Assembly (NCBI GenBank): GCA_043228905.1
Contig: JBHGNT010000012.1
Span: forward strand, 16,182,001 to 16,246,000
Direction: 5' to 3'
DNA length: 64,000 nucleotides
DNA from: Azolla caroliniana
Lineage: Eukaryota > Plantae > Polypodiophyta
Part shown: in pieces, positions 50,791-59,344 of the stretch
Layout: each line of letters begins with the position of its first letter
Numbering within the stretch: the first letter of the stretch is position 1
Made by a program: the position numbers and the translations under genes
The notes under the pieces: model-generated
The model's database searches: none
What the model was told of the DNA's origin: nothing
Seen by the model: only the letters and a program-made list of their open reading frames with translations

Positions 50791-52990
50791 CCATATCCAC
50801 ATTTTGTAAGGCTTCGGGGGCACTGGTTAATTGGAACAAGTCCTTTGCATTTTGGGTGGGGGATGTAGAGCCTCCTCTATGGAGTCCACACCCGCAATTT
50901 CGATGGATACCATCAGGTTGTCCAGTTCGATACTTAGGGTGTACGATAGGTATTGATCTTTCAATGGAAAATCAAGTGGCACCCCTCCTATTGTCACTGC
51001 GGAAAAAGTTGTTGTTATGGAGTTCAGCCAAGCTATCTTTTGCTGGTCGGATTGTAGTGGCTAATCAGGTTTTATTGGCTTCAACATGGTATGTTTTGTC
51101 ATGTTGGATATTCTCCAAGTCATGTATTCTGAAAATACGTAGATTGGTTCGTAACTTCTTGTGGTCCGGTAAAACAGAAGGCAATGCTCGGTCCAAAGTG
51201 AAATGGGATGTTATTACCTTACCTCGCTCTAAAGGAGGATTAGGTATTATTGATCCAGTGGACCAATCCAGAGCATTGTTAAGTAAGTTGCTCGTTAGAG
51301 GATTTATGCCGGGGCAAGAGATATGGAAAGTATTATTGCTTGACCGTTGCTCAGATTGCTTTCCTCGCTTAGGTGCTCCCTGGTCGAAGGATGTGAATTG
51401 GATATTTAGGGAAAATTTCCGAGTACCTTCAGCCACTAGATGGGAAGACAAATTTATTAGGACATTATTTGCAGCATGGAAACAAGTACTACCTGGTTTG
51501 CTTCGCAATAAACCGAACCCCAAACATTATCTTGAGTATCTCAGACAAAAGATAGTTTGGAACCCGTTGTTTACAACATCAGATGGTTTTGTGTTGGGTT
51601 CTAGACAATGGTTATCGTGGGGAAAAATGACAGAAGGTCCCGCGAAAACAGTTCAGACTTGGAAAGAATTTTTATCGCGATCGTTGGAAGAACAAAAAGA
51701 AATCTTACGTAATATGCATGGCGGACATATAATGTACCAACAAATTCAAGAAGCTATGAGTAGACAACCCATACCACCCAATAACACTAACCATAGATGG
51801 ATTGGGGTTTTTTCAAGATTGGAAGTACTCTTGGCTGTTAAGGGTTATTCAAATGATAAGACATACCGGTTGTTTGAGGTGGATGAAACAAATCAATTGT
51901 CTCAGTCCGGGGAAATGGTGATAGATTACCCCTATGCCATTGAGCACAAGATAAGGATAATTGGATATGCCGATCGTAAATGGTATATTGATCCAATGAT
52001 AGAGGAAATAAGGACACATTGGAAGTTGTGGGTGTTAGCTAAAAGACCGGTATTCAGATTAGATTGGGACCCAATTGACTATCATTGGACAGATCCTTAC
52101 ACGGGTAACAAGTTCAATTTCTTCCAATATTCTGTACAGTTGGGAAGACATGTACTTTCAGATACACGTGATGTGGTACCAGCTGCATCTCAATATTGGA
52201 ATCAACAAGGTATTACTCCCCAATTCCTTGCAAAATTCTGGGCTATCTTATGGGCAAGAAAACAACAACACAAAATATTACATGTACAGTGGTTAGTTGT
52301 ACACAAGGCGTTGCCGGTTGGCACATGGTTGCATAGGATGGGAGTGTCTTCATGTTGTACTCGATGTCATTTACAAACGGAAACTCAAAAACATTGTTTA
52401 TGGGAATGCATTGATTCTCAACAGATATGGCAACGGCTCCTTAGAATTTTCGCTAATTATTTTCCCCCGTTGGTTCTCACTTGGGGCATGGTCGTTTGGA
52501 CATCACTTGCCCGTGATGTGTTTCATTATGGCATCGAATCTATGGACCATGGGTTTTACACTAAAAATGGAAGTGTTCGTACATTATCAATGATGTCATT
52601 ACAGTTTTCAGGAGTAAGGAAGGAAGTTCAGCCAATATGGGAGATATTGAGTAGTACCACTGTCTATCACATTTGGAAAGCTCGGTGTTCTCTCGTTTTC
52701 CATAATCTGAAAACACCACCTGCTGAAGTGATTTCTAATATTTGGTTAGAGATAGTTCATGCTTTGAAGGGTCAATGGGATGGTATAGTGGGAGATTCTG
52801 ATGCTAAAATTGCTCAACGGCATGAGTTTCTTATTATCTGGACAGCTACTCCATTTGTGACATCCAGGTACACTACTCCTTATTGGCATTTTCAGCCACC
52901 GAAATGGTTGTTTCCCCCGCCGATTACATAGAGGTTTAAAATCTTGTAATTTGTTTATACTAATGACAGGATATCTTCTTTAAAAAAAAA
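50791..52990 (+). mobile_element. 5'-truncated L1/Tx1-like LINE with poly(A) and 16-bp TSD
   Basis: TSD AAATGTAGTGCCTACA at 50775-50790 and 52991-53006. Poly(A) from 52982. ORF uninterrupted. Confidence 0.96.
50856..52931 (+). CDS. C-terminal part of LINE ORF2 (RT thumb to zf-RVT), open but N-truncated
   Basis: FCKASGALVNWNKS upstream in frame; RYLG, LSFAGRIVVANQVL, RNFLWSG, W..ITLPRSKGGLGI, CTRCHLQTETQKHCLWEC, HIWKARC. Confidence 0.92.
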   Translation: MGDVEPPLWSPHPQFRWIPSGCPVRYLGCTIGIDLSMENQVAPLLLSLRKKLLLWSSAKLSFAGRIVVANQVLLASTWYVLSCWIFSKSCILKIRRLVRNFLWSGKTEGNARSKVKWDVITLPRSKGGLGIIDPVDQSRALLSKLLVRGFMPGQEIWKVLLLDRCSDCFPRLGAPWSKDVNWIFRENFRVPSATRWEDKFIRTLFAAWKQVLPGLLRNKPNPKHYLEYLRQKIVWNPLFTTSDGFVLGSRQWLSWGKMTEGPAKTVQTWKEFLSRSLEEQKEILRNMHGGHIMYQQIQEAMSRQPIPPNNTNHRWIGVFSRLEVLLAVKGYSNDKTYRLFEVDETNQLSQSGEMVIDYPYAIEHKIRIIGYADRKWYIDPMIEEIRTHWKLWVLAKRPVFRLDWDPIDYHWTDPYTGNKFNFFQYSVQLGRHVLSDTRDVVPAASQYWNQQGITPQFLAKFWAILWARKQQHKILHVQWLVVHKALPVGTWLHRMGVSSCCTRCHLQTETQKHCLWECIDSQQIWQRLLRIFANYFPPLVLTWGMVVWTSLARDVFHYGIESMDHGFYTKNGSVRTLSMMSLQFSGVRKEVQPIWEILSSTTVYHIWKARCSLVFHNLKTPPAEVISNIWLEIVHALKGQWDGIVGDSDAKIAQRHEFLIIWTATPFVTSRYTTPYWHFQPPKWLFPPPIT

Positions 52991-53009
52991 AAATGTAGTG
53001 CCTACATAA

Positions 53010-53250
53010 TATACATACATACATACATAGCATAAATAACATACATACATACATTACATATGCATACATAGCATAAATAACATACATACATACATTACAT
53101 ATGCATACATAGCATAAATAACATACATACATACATTACATATGCATACATAGCATAAATAACATACATACATACATTACATATGCATACATAACATACA
53201 TTACATATGCATACATAACATACATTACATATGCATACATAACATACAAT
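53010..53250. repeat. (ATAC)-derived minisatellite: 41-bp unit x~4, then 25-bp units
   Basis: TAGCATAAATAACATACATACATACATTACATATGCATACA repeated. Confidence 0.9.
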
Positions 53251-55749
53251 ATGCTCACTTTTATTTGCTACCAAATAATAAAGAGACGCTTGTAGAGGAA
53301 TTCATGGTCACGTTTTCAAGTGGCGCGCGTGCGATCGATCTGCACCGTTAGATCTCTATCCACCAAAAAGCGTGCGCCTAAAACCTAGCTCGGCTCTGAC
53401 GAGCCTCTGTCACATCTAAACCCAGCTCCGACCATCTAATCCATCACATCTAACCTGGCCTTGACAAGCCTCTGTACAAGCTTTTCTGTCACACCTGAAC
53501 CTAACTCGGGTACTTGAACCTAACATGGTACCTGAATCTAACCTGGGTACATGCACCTAACCCGGTTGAAATTTTTGAAGAGGCGATTGTTTAAAAAAAA
53601 AGATAAGCTTACCCAAAAATATTGAAAATGTTTTCAAAAATGAAATTTCAAAGTTTCACACATAAAAACTCACCAAAACTTTCGTCCAACATTGAATTTA
53701 AACAAAATGTCAACAATTTTGGCCACCGATTGGGCTATACATGTTCAGAGATCGAAATCTCGGAGTAGTACATATACATACAAACTCCAGATACTACAAA
53801 CCTAAAAAACACATGATGTAATGTAATAAAAAACTTAAAGATCAAGGCTCTTGTTCAAAGGATGGTAAGATACACCCACAAATTTTGTAGCAATTTGCAT
53901 TAGAGTCTCTTTCAGTAGTCAATGTCAAACCATCATAATGCAAACACTGAACCTTCTTAGTCTCACATATAGGCAACCGCCTCTTAGCACGACGAGCACC
54001 TCCCTATAGTCTGCCGGTGTGTGTTTTGGTCGTGTTTGGGGAGCTGCCAATAAGTTTTTTTGAATTCCGACTCAAATAGAAATTGGAATTTATCCGCTAA
54101 CCCACATGAATCATCCATGATCGCGATTTCTAAATGAGAGCACTGTGTTAACGAGAGCAATATGGTAAGGTGAGTAATATGATAATGTGGAGCAATATGA
54201 TTGATGTGGTGGTTCAAATTCATGTGATTTTGGTAGCTTTGATTGTGTTAATTACTTCTGTATCTACAATGTAATTGTCCGATGGAGGTGGTTGTTTTAT
54301 AATCGTTGAAACAAAATCATTGCGCGTAGTTGGATCGAAACGTAACTATCCCCGAGTTAGGTGTAGACATACATTACTTTCTCGGGTTGGGGAAATGGTT
54401 ACATTAAACTTGCCCCGGGTTAGGTGCACACATACAATTATTTCCTGGGTTAGGTGAATGGTTACATTAAACTAGCCTCGGGGTTTGGTGTAGACATGCA
54501 TTACTTTGTTGGGTTAGGTGACAATATACAACAGATCATCGAGATTTATCAACATCAACATATAATCTTGTTTGCACAAAAAAAAGCAACACGTCATAAT
54601 GATGTTTATGGCTTAATATACACGAAAAAGCTACAATATCTACAAGAATTTATCAAAAAAGTCTTGGTTTGTATTGTAACATGTTCACGTTCACAAGTCG
54701 AAGGATCATGCATTCCTCTTCTAGATTCCTTTTATAATCTTGTGATTTCAAGTAATTTTCCGAAACTTGATACACTAGTATCACATGTTTTAAAAAACAT
54801 ATAATATTTGCTGATTTTTTGAGATTTAACAAGTGTCAAAATGATCATTTCTAAAATTGGATAGTTTTTCGATAAATGTTTAAACATTTACGGTCTACAG
54901 ATACGAAATGTAGTTTAACTTCAAGCAAATCACAAGGGTTAACTGAAACAAAGCACAAGTTAAGATTGTTAGATATAATCAATGATCAGCCTGAAGTTGT
55001 AAATCTATCCCCATATGTGCTCTTAGAGTGCACATTTTGTGATAACGCTCCAAATGAGGAGTGGCTAGTGTGCAACTCGACCATATGGGTTGATAAGGTG
55101 TTAATCTAGGAAACCGTAGATGTGTAGGACACTATGTATTTAGGAAAGAGCGAAATAGGTAATAGGATTGGCTAATCAAGTCAACTAGAATATTTTGTGG
55201 GCAAGTTACGATGTACTTAGTCTTGAAGTATGTGCCATTGACTTCAAGATAAATACTATCTAGCACTGGCCTATATCTAGGGAATTGGGTCATATTAAAT
55301 GACAAGTCAGTTGACAGAAAAGGAATATCTCCACTACTATCAACTGACTTGCACATTTAATGTTATACTCAGACCAAACATAGAATATAATCCACTTTCT
55401 TATTGAGTGGCTGGATTGATCATCAGTCCCCACTAATTTTGTAGTGAGCTGCTCCATATCCTATCTAAGCTCTAAGGTGTGAGCACATGGGTAAACTACC
55501 ATTGTGAGCTACTCCAATATGTAATAGAAGTTTGTTTTCATATATCCATCTCTGTAATTGTAACTCTATATACCTATCTAATTGATTCTCAATATTTCTA
55601 ACAAGATTAATGGTATCACCATCTTGAGGAGATGTCGGTTCCAGAAGTGGAAGTGACATCTATTGTTAGTGAAAATGTTTTACATATAAGAGGTAACACT
55701 TTAATCCTTAGTGTCATCAACATTTATAAATTTAGTGCTAATCAACATC

Positions 55750-55890
55750 CATAAATTCACAACTCCAAAAATATAGACAATATTCATAAACAGTTTTGAT
55801 AAATTCACAACACCAAAAATGTAGACAATATTCATAAACAGTTTTGATAAATTCACAACACCAAAAATGTAGACAATATTCATAAACAGA
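55750..55890. repeat. 48-bp tandem repeat x3
   Basis: ATAAATTCACAACACCAAAAATGTAGACAATATTCATAAACAGTTTTG. Confidence 0.9.
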
Positions 55891-57027
55891 CAAAACTGTT
55901 AAACCTAGATGTGAACCATCATTGGAACATATGACATTGTTATTAAGGTATCCACATTATTCTCCTCTTCTTCCTTTTGTGAAATCTCCTCCACAATTTG
56001 TGTAGTAGTATCTACTCCACATATGATGGCAACGGTAAGGTCCTCTAATAGCTCGTCGTCAACATCAAGTAGCTCCCAAGGTTCACTACCTAATGGAGGA
56101 ATAGGTTCATGAGATGCAGGTTGAAAACGTTCAGTATTTGCAATATGCTTGACCCTACTTCTTCGTCCTAATCTAGGCGTTCCCATAAGGGATTAATCCT
56201 CATGTTAATGAAGCTCACTTGCTCATCATCCTTTTCTAGTGCAACAATATTTCTGAATAGTTTCAATGCAAATGCAGATGTAGTACCTATTGACAATTTA
56301 AAATGAAGATTGTTTTAGCTAAACATAAACTATATTGATTTCTAAAGGCGTAGCAAATAAAGTTATAATAATTTACTCGAGCTGGAGAACAAACGATGTC
56401 GTAAAGATTTTCGGAACGGTGTGAAAATTGAATGGAAAGTATAAAATCGAGTGTGGTTCTTCACACACAACATAAAAAAATAATAGTGAAGATACTATTT
56501 TATACTAGTTTAATATCTTGGTACAAAAAGATGGAGTTCTTCAAGAGCTTTCGAATACACTTTACCACATAAGAAACAGACAACTAAGTGGCAAGTTATG
56601 TGGGTATACAATTTGCGAAGAAGAAGAGAAAAAACAAAGCTACGATATATCCCACATAGACAGGACAAATAAGGATCCCAGATTATATAAGCAGAGCCAA
56701 AATCTATTACTTTGTGTTTATGAGTGGATCATAGAATGTTCAAGGTGACTTGAGCTAAACTAATCAAATGAATTGGTGTGGCCTAACTACTTGTAAAGGT
56801 TTTGGCCGAGCGGACGGAGCCGACGAGGCTGCAACCGGTGATTGAGATCGGGACCGGATGGCGACAAACAGGATCGGATCGGGATTGGATTGAATCGGTT
56901 GGGACAAACAGGACCAGACAAACGGATCAGTCGGTTGATCGTGGTGCATGGTGTTTTGAAGATTTTCGGTGTAAATACAAGACCAAAAGCCTAGTAGTAT
57001 TTTGTGTTTTAAAAGGGATATGAGCAA

Positions 57028-57080
57028 GGCTTGAACCTTACACCTCCAAAATAGGAAGCAATATACGTACCACTAAGCCA
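57028..57080 (-). promoter_or_regulatory. Pol III A-box/B-box pair (SINE- or transposon-derived)
   Basis: TGGCTTAGTGG (57080-57070) and GGTTCAAGCC (57037-57028), 32 nt apart. No full cloverleaf. Confidence 0.5.
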
Positions 57081-57160
57081 AGTCATTTCCTTAAAAGTTA
57101 TATTTTTATCATTATACTTTTACTTGTAAATTCTTATAGATGAGAGCTTAGATGATGACA

Positions 57161-57461
57161 TGTCTTGCACCTCACATGCACCATATACATGGGGGCAACT
57201 ATAAAAGAGTGGGGGAATCAAGCAAATGAAACTAATGAAAAATTTGGGAAAAATAAGAAACTTGTAATCCTATTGTTGATGTATCTTCTCTCTTAAATCT
57301 AAAGTTAAAAGTTCAATCTTTATCTCAATCTCTCTCTCTCTCTCTCAATCTATTTTAAATCCTATCTTGCTAAAAGCTAGTGCAAACTTCGAATCCTTTC
57401 GGTCCAAGACCCCAGCGGTTCTGCCCCACGATCCGCATGTAGTGACGATTTTTTCACGACA
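57161..57461 (+). mobile_element. Probable solo LTR related to the 13099-20039 gypsy
   Basis: TGTCTTG...CACGACA ends, CTATAAAAGAGTGGGGG TATA and (CT)n. TSD imperfect (ACAT overlaps the first T). Confidence 0.6.
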
Positions 57462-57515
57462 ACATACTATCCAATCTCCTTCGTTGGAGAAAATTTCAAA
57501 TGACAAATATCAATA

Positions 57516-57905
57516 CTAGTTAGAATGTATTGATGGGCAAATCAAAATTCTCCATGTAAGATAAATATCTATCCCATGGCAACAAGATCTCAAGGCTTGT
57601 GCTATAGAGTATCCTTGATCCATGCTATGGAATACGACAATTCTCCATAAGGATGTAGTCTTCAACTGTATGTCAAAATCTGTCATAAAATCTTTCACCA
57701 TCTTCTCAAGTTTTTTGAACCTAAATGGTTCATCATCGTATGTCGATCCAACCATACAAAATTCGTATGGTATGTCAACAATAAGTAATATGTATTCCTT
57801 CATTGGCAATATGTGTATCATCTCAACCACATCACCATAGTAGACATTATAGTATAAATATTGGGTGATATCCTTTGCTGAGATATCAAGCTCAACTAGG
57901 TTTAG
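57516..57905 (-). pseudogene. N-terminal (catalytic) half of a beta-class N4C/N6A DNA methyltransferase-like domain
   Basis: 129 open codons: ..VYYGDVVEMIHILPMKEYILLIVDIPYEFCMVGSTYDDEPF..WRIVVFHSMDQ..LTW. Matches the N6_N4_Mtase pattern IYxGDxxExxxxLPxxSxDLIxxDPPY (DIPY at 57765-57776). Confidence 0.7.
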
Positions 57906-58178
57906 CTATTTAGTCAACCATGTAACTTAGTAGTTACATAATTAGAATCTAGTTACAAGTGTTGACGTTAAAGCCTTAAATAGGATTTTGTACTTGAGTG
58001 GGATACGTTCTAGATCCTCCACTACCAAGTTCATTGAATATAGAACTTACATCCTTGTACCTATATTCTCCTCACACATGTGCACCCTTGGACATGAGAT
58101 GTATATATATCACATAGTGGGTATCATTGTATTTTGATGCTTATTAATATAGAGAACGGTCTTTAGATACACTCTTGT

Positions 58179-58874
58179 TTGTTACTGGGAGCCGTCCGAG
58201 CACAGCCCAGCATGGATGAGACACGCATCAGAATACTGATCGAGAAACAACGTCAACACCTCACCAAAAAGGTCGAGGAAACATTAAGTCGCGCAGGAGA
58301 AGAATGGGCAGCCCAAGCTGCCGAATTGCATATTTTACGTGCCGACGCCGAGAACCAACGGAAGGAGGGCCGCGGCTTTTACAAAATGGACGAAGCCAGC
58401 ATACAAAACCTCTATGCAGATTTAACCGAGGATTACCAGTCATTGGCGAAATCTCACACCGCGGCAATCGAGCAAATGCTGGAGGACTTCAATGACGATC
58501 AGATGCTGTTTTGCCTGGAAGCAGAAGCCCTCGAACGAGAACGACTCGCAACCATCCCAACCAACCCTCCAACGGCCACAGAGCAGAAGGAAGAACCTCC
58601 CAGCGAGGAGATCACGGACACGGCACAGAAGGAACTCGCCCCGGCCAACAAACCTCTCTAGGACGCCCACACGGTACCAGATCCAGTCGAAGCGGAGGTC
58701 AGCCCCCTCGAACCCACACCACCACCAGATGAATCGGTCGCACCTGAGGCGGACGCTCGAGAGGATATGACACCCCCGAACCAAACTCAACCCCCCGCAC
58801 CGACAGTCCAACCAGACCACCCTGCCACCACCCCGGACCCCGAAAACATCCTCGACATCTTAGAAGAGGAATGA
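58179..58874 (+). CDS. Orphan retroelement accessory ORF (helical/coiled-coil, then Pro/Glu-rich), one internal TAG at 58659-58661
   Basis: GC-rich frame open for ~230 codons apart from one stop (ATG at 58212). Ends ENILDILEEE* about 100 bp before an LTR. Confidence 0.6.
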
Positions 58875-58953
58875 AACGAGGATCACGCCTAAAAGGCAAT
58901 TTTTGTAATGTTGTTAGTATTTTGTAAGTCATGGGTTCAACGGACAAGGTCCT

Positions 58954-59344
58954 GTCCCACGGGCGTGCCAGGTGTTGTCCAGAGGACAGAAATGTAAATT
59001 AGGAAATTAGCAAACGGCGGTAGTGTAACCGAGTAGGAAAGAACGCCAGTGAGCGTCGAGTCCGAGTATCACGGGCCACCGACGGCTCGGCTGTGTATTA
59101 GGGGAAACTTTATTTAAACAAGGTCGAGTACCTCAGAGGGGGGAGAGAAAAAGTATAGGTGGAAGCACTAGCAAAGTCCATCGTAATTAGATACTATTGT
59201 AAGGTCACCAGTCGTAGGTCGCGCTCTGTAACCCTTTTGCTGTCACATTAATACATATCTGTTATTGTGCCCATCTTGCTCCATGAGTCTGTGTTTTCTC
59301 TCGTGTTTCTGAATTAAGCGCCGTCCACGCCTATCAAGATCTCA
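58954..59344. mobile_element. LTR (58973-59344) with adjacent tRNA-Arg-type PBS sequence on the minus strand (58954-58970)
   Basis: TGTTG...TCTCA ends. GTCCCACGGGCGTGCCA lies 2 nt from the LTR. The right end interrupts the copia about 20 bp before where its PPT is expected. Confidence 0.7.

Noticed and set aside
55701-55883. 60-aa repetitive ORF
   Set aside because: Translation of a 48-bp AT-rich tandem repeat, probably intronic or non-coding.
57020-57090. tRNA gene
   Set aside because: A and B boxes are present but no cloverleaf stems could be formed.
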